From the IMG/VR virus record IMGVR_UViG_3300046820_001270, positions 64,001-128,000 of that record: a stretch of 64,000 nt of DNA; one strand, 5' to 3'. The notes beneath the pieces are model-generated. The model was given only the letters and a program-made list of their open reading frames with translations. It was not told where the DNA came from and searched no databases. The position numbers and the translations under genes are program-made. This document shows, piece after piece, positions 43,251 through 53,343 of this stretch (within the stretch, counting starts at the first letter, position 1; the number at the start of each line of letters is the position of its first letter). The stretch is from a virus (lineage: Duplodnaviria > Caudoviricetes).

Positions 43251-44640
43251 AATTTTATTTACATTAACTTTATTTGTATTTGTTAGTTGTTCTAAAACGG
43301 CACCAATAATTAAAGAGGTCGTTAATAATCCAATTGATAATAAACCAATTACCACATCACAATTTCAAGGTTATAAAGTACAACCATTTAATAAAAAAGA
43401 TGAAGTTAAATATTGGAGAGATTGTGGTGTGATGTGGGATATAATTGCCGATAAATTTTTGGTTAAAATAGATGGAAAAATTGGTTCATATTTTTTACCA
43501 CAAATAACAGTTGGAGATTTTAATAATGATGGTTGGATCGATATTTTTAATCCAGGTACTGGTTTATTTAAAAATGAAGTTGTAGATAATGTTGGTTGGT
43601 TAATTTGGAATACAACAACTAAAACATTTGATAACAAAAATCTGTTTAATGATAAGACATTAAAATCATTTGGTGGTAATCAAAGAAGAAGTGTTACTTT
43701 AGATTTAAATAAAGATGGATATAGTGATGTTGTCATATTCGATAGTGGAGACGATGTTCCATTGCCAGGAACCATTCCCGAATTACAACCAATAAGAATT
43801 GTTTTGTCAGATGGGAATGGAGGATATTCATTAAATAATATTCAAACTACAAGTACAATACTTTATAATCATTCTGGTGATATTGGAGATTTAAATAATG
43901 ACGGTTATCCCGATTTAGTTTCAGCAACGGGAGGATCACTTTTCATTTCATGGGGAATACCCAATTACCCATATTTTTCAACAAACGTAACGTTATTTGA
44001 TTTATGGAAAAAAACTGATAATGGATTTGGTGAATGGTTTAGAGAAGCCTCAGGTCAAGTTTATAATGTTACAATTGGAGATGTCGATAAGGATGGAAAC
44101 GAAGATATGATTTTGGGTTGTAATGAAATGAAATATCCATCAGCTTATAATTTAAGTGGGTTTGATTTTACAACTAAAATTATACTAAATCAAGGTAGAG
44201 GAGAATTTAGTAAAAGAAGTTTAATTAATTTACCCTATTATACAAAAGACGTTCAAAATTTCTTAGCAAACGATTTTAGAATTGTGGATATTAATAACGA
44301 CGGTCTGAATGATATAATATCAACGGGTAGTGTGAATTATGATGATTGGTCAATTTATACTTATATGCAAACCTCCAAAAATTCATTCTCAATCGATACA
44401 AGTAAATTTATTTATACGATAAACACCAATCGTAAATCAAATTCAATAGGATTATCTTGGAAACCTTGGTTAATATATTATGATTTTAATGGAGACGGTA
44501 AGAAAGATATATCATATATAGATGCTCACGATTTTTGGAATAACTCACTTAAAAGAAAAACTATATTCATTAGGAAAGGAAATAACTTTGAAGAAGAGGA
44601 TTTTTACAAATATGACAATTACATAAACAAACTTAAATAA
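43243..44640 (+). CDS. lipoprotein with FG-GAP/VCBS beta-propeller repeats
   Basis: LFVFVSC-SK; six DxNxDGxxD-type loops. Confidence 0.85.
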   Translation: MNKILFTLTLFVFVSCSKTAPIIKEVVNNPIDNKPITTSQFQGYKVQPFNKKDEVKYWRDCGVMWDIIADKFLVKIDGKIGSYFLPQITVGDFNNDGWIDIFNPGTGLFKNEVVDNVGWLIWNTTTKTFDNKNLFNDKTLKSFGGNQRRSVTLDLNKDGYSDVVIFDSGDDVPLPGTIPELQPIRIVLSDGNGGYSLNNIQTTSTILYNHSGDIGDLNNDGYPDLVSATGGSLFISWGIPNYPYFSTNVTLFDLWKKTDNGFGEWFREASGQVYNVTIGDVDKDGNEDMILGCNEMKYPSAYNLSGFDFTTKIILNQGRGEFSKRSLINLPYYTKDVQNFLANDFRIVDINNDGLNDIISTGSVNYDDWSIYTYMQTSKNSFSIDTSKFIYTINTNRKSNSIGLSWKPWLIYYDFNGDGKKDISYIDAHDFWNNSLKRKTIFIRKGNNFEEEDFYKYDNYINKLK

Positions 44641-44987
44641 TGGATTATAGTAAAATATTTTTAGGTGTTATATTTGGACTAATGGGTCAAGTTGGGACAT
44701 TTATACAATTACAGGGATCATATAAGTACGGTTGGTATGAAAAATACACATGGATGGTCATATTGGCAAGTGTCCCACTTGGTTGGTTATATATTAAATC
44801 CGTAAATTATTTCATTGCAGGGTTCGGTGGTCAGATATGGCCAAGTCGTCTACTTGGATTTTCAGTGGGGATTATAGTTTTTACACTAATGAGCCATTAT
44901 CTATTTAAAGAACCGTTAGATCTTAAAAACGGAATTTGTCTATTATTAGGGTTTAGTATATTAATGATCCAGTTATTTGTTAAATAG
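44640..44987 (+). CDS. small multi-pass membrane protein (DMT/SMR-like)
   Basis: Four hydrophobic helices, FKEPL before last helix. Confidence 0.65.
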   Translation: MDYSKIFLGVIFGLMGQVGTFIQLQGSYKYGWYEKYTWMVILASVPLGWLYIKSVNYFIAGFGGQIWPSRLLGFSVGIIVFTLMSHYLFKEPLDLKNGICLLLGFSILMIQLFVK

Positions 44988-45032
44988 CCGTAAAAATATC
45001 TAAAATTTATGATACATATCGTAGAATTAGAA

Positions 45033-45039
45033 TATTTAT
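45033..45039 (+). promoter_or_regulatory. putative late-promoter motif TATTTAT
   Basis: Upstream of ATG 45044. Confidence 0.5.
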
Positions 45040-45043
45040 GTTT

Positions 45044-47977
45044 ATGGCAATTACAAACAAAATCAAATACGTAAGCGGTAACACCATTCATAATGGTTCA
45101 ATTACCAATAATAACGTCGCCTTAGGTGTAGATATGGATCTAGATTATGGCGAAACAATCAATACAGGATATTGGGCGGGAGTTAATCCATCCAATAATG
45201 GTTATACCATTTATTATCTTGACGGTACCAATCAACCAAGAATTATGTCGGCAGATGACGACAATGCTCTTATCTTCTTCGCCAACGAATTTGGTGCTTC
45301 AAATGTAACAACCGTAACGGACGCATTACTATACTTCAAAGATAATGCGGGTTATTTCATAACCAACCGTAAAGTTGAATCAATCACAACCTCAGGGATG
45401 ACTTTAATGTACGACCCAGGTTTGGTTCAATCATATCCTAAGTCAGGAACTACAATGAGTAACTTGGGTAGTGTAGGTTTAGGTAATAATGGTCCAGCAA
45501 TGTACTTGTCAGGAACAACTTACAATTCTGAAAAGGGCGGTTCTTTACTTTACTCTAATACGGGTAACACCTTTTCTGAGGCCGCAACAACTGAATTTTT
45601 AACTGATTTCACATATAATATTTGGTTTAAGGCAACAGCATTTGAAACAAATAACATTTTGATGTCACGTGGATATGGTTTATGTAAATTGTCTTTAGGT
45701 AAAAGTCTTGATAACCCAACACTTAGTAGAGTAGAATTTTATGATAACAACACATCGTTAGATATGTATTCGGTAAGTGGTTATACAATTGGACTTGACA
45801 CTTGGACTAACGTTACTGTTAAACATATTGAAGGAACCTCAACACAAGTTTTTGTAAATGGAGCGCTAGTTCTCTCGGACACAACAACAACTAATTTATA
45901 TAACGAAAATATTAGTGATCTTTTTATCGGTGGTGAACGTGGTAGTAATGGTAATGGATTTACTGGTTACATAGGACACGTTGCTTATTATGATAGGGCA
46001 TTAAGTGTTTCTGAGATTGGGAAGAACTACAACGCTTTACGTGATAGATACTACGGTGCATCGGGCGGTGAATCATTCTTTATAATGGCACAAATGCCGG
46101 GTAGTAATAACTTCGGTTATGTTATATTAGAAGCAACAACAGGAACGGCATCTGAAGTAATAGATACAGGTTTAGACCGTGATATATATTATCAAGATGA
46201 AATACTTCAAGTAAATCACGGAGGTTATTCATTATTATTTGGAAATGATGATACCGGTGATAAAAAGGTATTATTCATTGACGCTTTTGGTACTCTTGTT
46301 GATACGTTTGATTTCCCTAATACCAACTGGAATTCTAGTCGTGCTAGTGGTTTTGTAAATATATTTACCGATAATGCGGGTGGTGTAATGAAGTTTTTTG
46401 ACGGAACATCAGTTGGAACATATACTTGGGACCCAAGTTCTGAAGAGGCCAATTTTAACAATAACTGGGATCCGACATCGATAGATAAAACGTTTGCAAT
46501 TTACACAAGAAACACCAATACGAATGTGGTAACTTGGAAACTTGCAAATGCTCAGACAGGTGTTGTAAACTTGAGATCGTACAATGATGCTGATTTTACT
46601 ACTGAACCGATAATTTACACTAGTGGGAATTATGTGATTCTACCATTCCAAGATGATAATACTTTACTACACAGTAGTTTGGAGGTTTATGGTACTGATG
46701 GAACATTAAAACATACACAAAGTTTAACCGGATTAACGTTAAATAGTTGGAATGCTCGAACTTTTGGAACCGGAAAATTCTCAATACTTTATACGAATAA
46801 TAGTGACGAAGATGTCGATTATCATTTATATGCATACATCGAATCCACAAATTCATTTATATCGACAACTCACGCAAGAGGAGCTAATTATCGTAATAAT
46901 GATGTATATTCAGAATCTATAGATTACGTAAGTGAAAACACTAATTGCGAAAGTGTTCATTATGTGTTCCGTTCTGATAGTACCCATAATAATAATGATT
47001 TAAATTATTACGATTACATCGATTACGTTTCCTTATTTGAGGGAGAAAGTAATTTTATAACTAGTGTTTTCGCCAATAATACATCTAAGGGAATAGCCAG
47101 AGAAGGTGATACCACCAAATATTATAATGATCTTGTTAATACTGGTGACAATAAATTAAAATCTATGTTGATTACTCCGTCAGGATTTACATACACAGAA
47201 ATAGTTACGGATGTTACAACGGTTACCTATATTAGTCAAGATTTATTAAATAATGATATACTATATTTATTATATCTTAATGATGTAAACAACGAATATC
47301 ACTATTACGTAATAAATGGTACAACAGGTGCAATAAGAGACACATTAACACATACAACCGTAAATGATTGGAATGATTGGTATAATACAGAATTTGATAC
47401 ATTATACATTAAAAACGTCGACACGGCAGAAGCTTGGTATATGTGTAGAAGTCAATATGAATTTGCACAAACAACAAATTATGAAAGTGACACAAATGCT
47501 AGTGATTTTTACAATGAAGATGGTTGGACTGAAGAACCTGTTTTAGTAATGTATAATGGAGACACCGATGGTAAGTGTAGAGTATTGACACCTGATGGGA
47601 TTTCAGATGAGTTTACATTACCATTGTCTACACAATGGGGATATGATTTAGTACTTGGTAAATCCTTTTTCACTTGGAGATATCATAATGCTGATGGTTT
47701 TCCATCAATGAGAATATACGATTTTAGTGGAAATATACTTAATGATTATGTTAGTCCTTTCTCGGTAGATGTAAATGGGAATTTCCACCAATATGGAACA
47801 ATTGGTAATTTGGCTTATGTTGTTGCGGGTGAAGGATGTCCTGATAATCAATGTGGAACATTGGTACCGACAATCCTTAATACAGACGGAACAACGTCAT
47901 CTCGAACAATATTCTATAATAACATTGGTAGCTACTACACATCGGCAACTGACTACTTCTGGTGGGATAACTGCTAA
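45044..47977 (+). CDS. large LamG/concanavalin-A-like domain protein, probable virion appendage
   Basis: FTYNIWFK...WTNVTV...QVFVNG...FIG...FTGYIGHVAYYDRALSVSEI.KNYN; beta-rich C-terminal part. Confidence 0.8.
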   Translation: MAITNKIKYVSGNTIHNGSITNNNVALGVDMDLDYGETINTGYWAGVNPSNNGYTIYYLDGTNQPRIMSADDDNALIFFANEFGASNVTTVTDALLYFKDNAGYFITNRKVESITTSGMTLMYDPGLVQSYPKSGTTMSNLGSVGLGNNGPAMYLSGTTYNSEKGGSLLYSNTGNTFSEAATTEFLTDFTYNIWFKATAFETNNILMSRGYGLCKLSLGKSLDNPTLSRVEFYDNNTSLDMYSVSGYTIGLDTWTNVTVKHIEGTSTQVFVNGALVLSDTTTTNLYNENISDLFIGGERGSNGNGFTGYIGHVAYYDRALSVSEIGKNYNALRDRYYGASGGESFFIMAQMPGSNNFGYVILEATTGTASEVIDTGLDRDIYYQDEILQVNHGGYSLLFGNDDTGDKKVLFIDAFGTLVDTFDFPNTNWNSSRASGFVNIFTDNAGGVMKFFDGTSVGTYTWDPSSEEANFNNNWDPTSIDKTFAIYTRNTNTNVVTWKLANAQTGVVNLRSYNDADFTTEPIIYTSGNYVILPFQDDNTLLHSSLEVYGTDGTLKHTQSLTGLTLNSWNARTFGTGKFSILYTNNSDEDVDYHLYAYIESTNSFISTTHARGANYRNNDVYSESIDYVSENTNCESVHYVFRSDSTHNNNDLNYYDYIDYVSLFEGESNFITSVFANNTSKGIAREGDTTKYYNDLVNTGDNKLKSMLITPSGFTYTEIVTDVTTVTYISQDLLNNDILYLLYLNDVNNEYHYYVINGTTGAIRDTLTHTTVNDWNDWYNTEFDTLYIKNVDTAEAWYMCRSQYEFAQTTNYESDTNASDFYNEDGWTEEPVLVMYNGDTDGKCRVLTPDGISDEFTLPLSTQWGYDLVLGKSFFTWRYHNADGFPSMRIYDFSGNILNDYVSPFSVDVNGNFHQYGTIGNLAYVVAGEGCPDNQCGTLVPTILNTDGTTSSRTIFYNNIGSYYTSATDYFWWDNC

Positions 47978-48023
47978 TAGGTAGATAAATAAATAAATAA
48001 AACAAATTAAATAAAAATAAAAG

Positions 48024-48302
48024 ATGCAATATAATATTAAAATAACCGTAACTAAGGGGTTAGTTGATGTTGAAAAAAGAACTAAAGTAAAAACTATAGA
48101 TAAATTTTTGGTTAATAAGGATTTCCCAAATGTGGCAACAGTTAAAGAAATCAAAGATTTCGGAAAAACAATTCAAATCAAAAATTACACTGACGAGGAG
48201 ATTAACGGAGCGGTTCTAATGTTAGAAGATAAAGTGGCAATTGACGATAATGAATCAGTTAAACAACACGCCAACATCAATTACGTTATTAACTTAAAAT
48301 AA
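48024..48302 (+). CDS. hypothetical protein
   Basis: 92-aa ORF followed by terminator. Confidence 0.7.
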   Translation: MQYNIKITVTKGLVDVEKRTKVKTIDKFLVNKDFPNVATVKEIKDFGKTIQIKNYTDEEINGAVLMLEDKVAIDDNESVKQHANINYVINLK

Positions 48303-48329
48303 GATATAATAAAAATATCATTATACAAT

Positions 48330-48357
48330 ATGGGTAATAGAAATATTACCCATTTTT
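48330..48357 (+). terminator. intrinsic terminator
   Basis: atgggtaata-GAAA-tattacccat, 10-bp stem plus T-run. Confidence 0.8.
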
Positions 48358-48393
48358 GTTTGTAATATCCAAACAATTTCTTATATTAGATAT

Positions 48394-48750
48394 ATGTTTA
48401 AACAAGGAGACAAATACATACATTTCACCAAATATGGTGGAGTAAATAAAGGTGAGGTTGAATGGTATGGACCAACAATGAATTACGATTATGAAAATGA
48501 GGTAGTTTATGTTTCATACTATATTAAATCAACGGTTGGACATATCATATCCATAGATGGAAGTGATGGTAGAGTTTATAAAATAAACGAAGAGATGGAT
48601 CCCGAAACACTTAGAATGTTAAAGAATTCAACTGATGTAATGGATGAATTAAAGAATAGAAAATCCGTTAATATTGAGAAACCAATAGAACCATTAAGTG
48701 AATCATTAGTAAAAAAGATAAATAAACAAATAGATGAGAGAAGCTTTTGA
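48394..48750 (+). CDS. hypothetical protein
   Basis: 118-aa ORF after promoter-like TTTG...TATATTAG. Confidence 0.75.
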   Translation: MFKQGDKYIHFTKYGGVNKGEVEWYGPTMNYDYENEVVYVSYYIKSTVGHIISIDGSDGRVYKINEEMDPETLRMLKNSTDVMDELKNRKSVNIEKPIEPLSESLVKKINKQIDERSF

Positions 48751-48754
48751 TGTA

Positions 48755-48847
48755 ATGAGTGAACACCCATTCCTTACTCTTTTCTTGGGATTTGTGTTGA
48801 TGGTGGTGGTAAGTGAAATAACCGAGATATTTAAGAGAAAGGAGTAA
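48755..48847 (+). CDS. 30-aa membrane peptide (not in ORF track)
   Basis: MSEHPFLTLFLGFVLMVVVSEITEIFKRKE. Confidence 0.55.
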   Translation: MSEHPFLTLFLGFVLMVVVSEITEIFKRKE

Positions 48848-48848
48848 C

Positions 48849-49211
48849 ATGAAAACATTTTTATTTTTCCGCGGATTCGTAGAGAGTCCTTTATTGGATA
48901 TTGATTGGGAAGAAATCAATAGAAGAATGAATACCAATATAATACCAATAACGACATATCCAACTTGGACAGGGACGACTTATACTCCGACATGGGTTGT
49001 AAATCCGGGTTATATTACGTATACACAACCAAATTATTTAGCAACAACCGGTACATTTATAAATCCATATAATAATACCACAACAACTGCAACTAGTTTT
49101 AGTTTGACAACATCAAACCCAAATGGAATAACATATACCACAACAAGAAATGCAGGAACTTTAACAACAGGAACAGATTTATATTCAAGTAGTAGTTTTA
49201 AATTACAATAA
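48849..49211 (+). CDS. Thr-rich low-complexity protein with N-terminal FLFFRG tag
   Basis: MKTFLFFRG start; T/Y/P-rich tail. Confidence 0.7.
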   Translation: MKTFLFFRGFVESPLLDIDWEEINRRMNTNIIPITTYPTWTGTTYTPTWVVNPGYITYTQPNYLATTGTFINPYNNTTTTATSFSLTTSNPNGITYTTTRNAGTLTTGTDLYSSSSFKLQ

Positions 49212-50039
49212 ATGAAAAAAATAATTAATTTTACACCAACAGGTACTCAAACTACTCGTGAAAATTCATATGCACCATTATTACCAAATGAAATAATTGA
49301 AGAGGTTCATGAGGCAAATGAATTAGGTATTTCGATTGTTCATTTACACGCAAGAGATGAAGAAACATTAAAGAATACATATAAGAAAGAAGTTTACACT
49401 AAAATTATCGAGGGAATAAAAAAACATTGTCCTGAATTATTAATTTGTGTTTCATTAACAGGTAGAAACTTTCCTGAGTTAGAAAAAAGAACTGAGGTTC
49501 TACAACTACATCCCGATATGGGATCATTAACGATGTCATCATTAAACTTCCCAACAGGTGCGTCGGTTAATGAACCAAATATGATTTTATCATTAATTAA
49601 TGAAATGGAAAAGTATGGAGTTAATCCTGAGATAGAATGTTTTGATTCTGGTATGTTAAACTATACAAATTATTTAATATCAAAAAACATATTAAAAGGT
49701 CCACATTACATCAATGTGATATTGGGGAACATATACAATTCACAATCTGATATTCATACAATTGCATCAATTAAATCTTCATTACCTAAAAACTCTAAAG
49801 TTTGTTTTGGTGGTATTGGTTCGCAACAATTGAGAAGTAATGTTTATGGGTTACTTGAAGCAGATGGAGTTAGAATTGGTTTAGAAGATAACTTATATTA
49901 TAAAGATAAAGAGAAGGCAACCAACACACAATTATTAAAAAGAATTCATAACATTATGAATGACATGGAATTAGAAATTTTATCATCAAAAGAATTAAGA
50001 GATTTAGGATATGGAAACAAAAATATTAGTATTAGGTAA
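49212..50039 (+). CDS. beta-keto acid cleavage enzyme (BKACE/Kce, DUF849 family)
   Basis: TPTG, IVHLHARD, EIECFDSG, RIGLEDN. Confidence 0.9.
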   Translation: MKKIINFTPTGTQTTRENSYAPLLPNEIIEEVHEANELGISIVHLHARDEETLKNTYKKEVYTKIIEGIKKHCPELLICVSLTGRNFPELEKRTEVLQLHPDMGSLTMSSLNFPTGASVNEPNMILSLINEMEKYGVNPEIECFDSGMLNYTNYLISKNILKGPHYINVILGNIYNSQSDIHTIASIKSSLPKNSKVCFGGIGSQQLRSNVYGLLEADGVRIGLEDNLYYKDKEKATNTQLLKRIHNIMNDMELEILSSKELRDLGYGNKNISIR

Positions 50040-50682
50040 GGGAGATAATGTTATCACAATGATATTAGATAATCTATATTCTTACTCTATAGATAGATTA
50101 TTATATTTTGGTAAAGATATTGTTGTGTATAATAATTTAGATTTACCAATTTTAAATTCATTTGACCATGGCAAATTCAATATAGAAGTTTTAAATGAGG
50201 TTAATGTAGATGACTTTAATTTATATATATTAGGAATTTACCAACCTAAAAATAAAATTAAAATTATAGAATCGTTAAATCCTGATAAAAATAAATTCAT
50301 TAATGTTATTCATAAAGGAGAAGATATTTCATATACAAGTACACTTGGTTATGGATTATTAATTAATTCTAAAGTATCAATTGCAGCACATACGACAATC
50401 GGTAATTTTGTTTCAATAAACAGACATGTATCAATCGGTCATCACACAACTATCGGAGACTTCACCTCAATAAATCCAGGTGTCAATATTGCCGGTAATG
50501 TAACTATAGGTAAAGGTTGTCAAATAGGTATCGGTGCAAACATACTTGACGGAATCACAATAGGAGATAACACGGTAATAGGTGCGGGTTCATTAGTCAC
50601 CAAAGACATTCCAAATAATGTGGTTGCCTATGGTAGCCCTTGTAAAATAATAAATCATCAATATGAAACACAATCCATATAA
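50011..50682 (+). CDS. PglD/NeuD-like hexapeptide-repeat acetyltransferase
   Basis: IGHHTTIG, IGIGA, IGAGSLVTKDIP, GSPCK. Confidence 0.9.
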   Translation: METKILVLGKGDNVITMILDNLYSYSIDRLLYFGKDIVVYNNLDLPILNSFDHGKFNIEVLNEVNVDDFNLYILGIYQPKNKIKIIESLNPDKNKFINVIHKGEDISYTSTLGYGLLINSKVSIAAHTTIGNFVSINRHVSIGHHTTIGDFTSINPGVNIAGNVTIGKGCQIGIGANILDGITIGDNTVIGAGSLVTKDIPNNVVAYGSPCKIINHQYETQSI

Positions 50683-51259
50683 AATAGTTGAAATGTTTGA
50701 GGAGGAGATTGCGGAATATACTGGATCCCCTTACGCAATTGCGTTAGATAATTGTACTGATGCATTATTTCTGTGTTGTGTATATTCAAAGGTAACAGAA
50801 GTAACTATTCCTAAAAAAACGTATCTATCGGTACCACAAGCGATTATGTCTTCAGGTGGTAAAGTAATATTTGAGGATACGGAATGGAAAGGTCTTTATG
50901 AGTTAAAACCATATAAGATATATGATTCGGCAAGAAGATTTACAAGTGGTATGTACATACCAAATAGTTTTATGTGTCTTTCTTTTCATCCTAAAAAAAT
51001 ATTACAAATGAGAAAAGGTGGTATGATATTGACAGATAATGAAGATGCTTATAAATGGTTTAAAAAGGCTAGACACGAGGGGAGAGATGAAATACCATAT
51101 ACACAAGATAATATTAAGTTTTTAGGTTGGAATATGTATATGACACCACCAGATGCTGCCGATGGATTATGGTTGATGTCATCAATGCCAAAACATAACG
51201 AGGATACAATTGAAAATTACCCTGACTTAACAAAAAATGATTTATTCAATAAATTTTAA
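50663..51259 (+). CDS. short DegT/DnrJ/EryC1/StrS PLP aminotransferase-like protein
   Basis: FEEEIAEY, NCTDAL, DSA, SFHPKK (PLP Lys), GGMILTD; only 198 aa. Confidence 0.8.
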   Translation: MKHNPYKIVEMFEEEIAEYTGSPYAIALDNCTDALFLCCVYSKVTEVTIPKKTYLSVPQAIMSSGGKVIFEDTEWKGLYELKPYKIYDSARRFTSGMYIPNSFMCLSFHPKKILQMRKGGMILTDNEDAYKWFKKARHEGRDEIPYTQDNIKFLGWNMYMTPPDAADGLWLMSSMPKHNEDTIENYPDLTKNDLFNKF

Positions 51260-52222
51260 ATGATGGAGGATTTAATACTTATAACCGCATATTGCGAAAC
51301 TGAAAAACAAGAAGAGGCATTAAATAGATGTATTGATTCGGTAAGTAAACTCGGATTTCACATTTTACTAATATCTCATTCACATATACCAACATACATA
51401 CAAAAAAAATGTAATTATTATTTTTACGATTATAATAATGACGTTAGTGAGGATCATAATTTATTAGGACATTTTACTTTTAACTTTGATAATAAAAAAA
51501 TAAATTCTAGATTCTTTATTAAAAAATTTTACGGGTTTGCAATATATAGAATGTTTTCAATTGCTAGTCAAATAGCCACAAATTTTGGATATGATAATCT
51601 ACATCATATTGAATATGATTGTGAATTGTTGGATGAAAATTTAATCTTTGAAAATAAAGAAAATCTTAAAAAGTATGATTCAGTAATTTGTACTGACACT
51701 GGCGATAAAAACGGGTGGTTATATGGTTCATTTAAGTCATTCAAAGTTAAATCATTACCAGATAAATTTAAAAATTACGACAGAGATTTTATTGAATCTG
51801 AAATGAAAAATTTAACTAAAACACATTTAGAATTTTTAACAAAAAAATTATTTATTGATGGAGGAAAAACTTTATTTAAAAATGAACCACCTAAGGATAA
51901 GTTTAAAAAGGGAAATATATCCGAACATAGGTATCTACATTTTACACTTTATTTTGACCCTGAAAATGGAACATTGAATATTTTTTATAATGCAATTAAC
52001 TTAAAAAAATCGGAAGAAATAACTGTAATTGTAAATAGAGAAAAGGTAATTAATTTAATAACAAAACCTGGATTTTGGACTACAAGAGAACTGGGTAATT
52101 TTAATCAAATAACACACGTCAGAGTGGATAATAATAAAAAAGTTATTTATGAAATTGCATTTGACGACGATTTTAGAGAAATATTCAAAATAAAATCATA
52201 TATTACCGATAATGATAAATAA
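51260..52222 (+). CDS. hypothetical protein, possibly GT-A-like
   Basis: LISH, YDYNN, HIEYD motif; end of sugar-modification operon. Confidence 0.6.
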   Translation: MMEDLILITAYCETEKQEEALNRCIDSVSKLGFHILLISHSHIPTYIQKKCNYYFYDYNNDVSEDHNLLGHFTFNFDNKKINSRFFIKKFYGFAIYRMFSIASQIATNFGYDNLHHIEYDCELLDENLIFENKENLKKYDSVICTDTGDKNGWLYGSFKSFKVKSLPDKFKNYDRDFIESEMKNLTKTHLEFLTKKLFIDGGKTLFKNEPPKDKFKKGNISEHRYLHFTLYFDPENGTLNIFYNAINLKKSEEITVIVNREKVINLITKPGFWTTRELGNFNQITHVRVDNNKKVIYEIAFDDDFREIFKIKSYITDNDK

Positions 52223-52724
52223 ATTCAAATTTTTCAGAGGGTATATTGGAACGTTAGATATAATGGACGGACAAACATATGCAACAGCATCGTTATATTA
52301 CCCAAGATTAGATTCCAATAATGAAATGGAAAGATATTATGCTGAACATTTCCGAAGTCCTACTTATGGATCTCATATGGAAATGATTAGAGAAAATAGA
52401 CGTTTTGAACAAATGCGTAATCATGGAAGGATTTCACATGAACAATACATGAGAAATAGAGATATGTTGATTGAACAAGAAAGAATAAGAAGATTAGGAA
52501 TGATAAATCATTCAAGAGAAACCGATGAACGAATTAGATTGTTTCAAGCAACAACAACCATAACGGTGAATCCAACACTATGGACTAAAGTTAAAATATT
52601 CGGAACACGAGTTAAATTATTCTTCAAAGAATGTTTTAGACAAGAACCAATTGGTTTAATTTTTGTGACTTTATTGAGTTGTCTGATAACATTCGTCGGG
52701 ATTGCAAAATTATTTGGAGCATGA
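52212..52724 (+). CDS. FKFFRG-tagged hypothetical protein with C-terminal TM
   Basis: MINKFKFFRG. Confidence 0.75.
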   Translation: MINKFKFFRGYIGTLDIMDGQTYATASLYYPRLDSNNEMERYYAEHFRSPTYGSHMEMIRENRRFEQMRNHGRISHEQYMRNRDMLIEQERIRRLGMINHSRETDERIRLFQATTTITVNPTLWTKVKIFGTRVKLFFKECFRQEPIGLIFVTLLSCLITFVGIAKLFGA

Positions 52725-52999
52725 TAGGAAAATTCAAATTTTTTAGTTCCAATGAAAAAATAACAATGAGATTTAGTCCTCATTGTTGTTATGACAATGC
52801 AAAATATATTCTTGAAAGTTTAATTAGTACTGATGAATGGGAAACAACAGTATTCCCAAAAGAATATCCACATGATCGAGGAACTTGGAGAATTCTTTAT
52901 ATTCAACAAAGAGAAAATAATTATCATTCTGTTGTTTGTTGGGTACCAAGAAATCCAGGATACATAACCGAAAGATTTTTAGTTAATATAGATTTATGA
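52721..52999 (+). CDS. FKFF-tagged hypothetical protein
   Basis: Start ATG 52721 (ATGA overlap), MIGKFKFFSS. Confidence 0.7.
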   Translation: MIGKFKFFSSNEKITMRFSPHCCYDNAKYILESLISTDEWETTVFPKEYPHDRGTWRILYIQQRENNYHSVVCWVPRNPGYITERFLVNIDL

Positions 53000-53331
53000 T
53001 TAGAAACTTTAAATTTTTAACGGATAATGATACCAATGAATTAGAATTCGGAGGATTTGTTCATGATCTTCATGACGGATTTGCAAGTTGGATGTGGACA
53101 GGAAGAGACTATTTAGATAGAGACCCAAATTGGGTGGAAGAAGTAATGACCACCACAAGTATTAGAACTTTTTTAATGAACTTTCCTGAACAAATGATAG
53201 TACCAATATTATCTATAACGGGAGATAATATAACGATGACAATAGATAATGACCACGATCCGTGGCCTTTTAATATATTAGGAGGAACACCACTTCGTAT
53301 AACCTTTTTAAGATGGATACCAGAAGTTTAA
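52996..53331 (+). CDS. FKFL-tagged hypothetical protein
   Basis: MIRNFKFLTD. Confidence 0.75.
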   Translation: MIRNFKFLTDNDTNELEFGGFVHDLHDGFASWMWTGRDYLDRDPNWVEEVMTTTSIRTFLMNFPEQMIVPILSITGDNITMTIDNDHDPWPFNILGGTPLRITFLRWIPEV

Positions 53332-53332
53332 A

Positions 53333-53339
53333 TATTTAT
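53333..53339 (+). promoter_or_regulatory. putative late-promoter motif TATTTAT
   Basis: 4 nt before ATG 53344. Confidence 0.5.
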
Positions 53340-53343
53340 TAAT

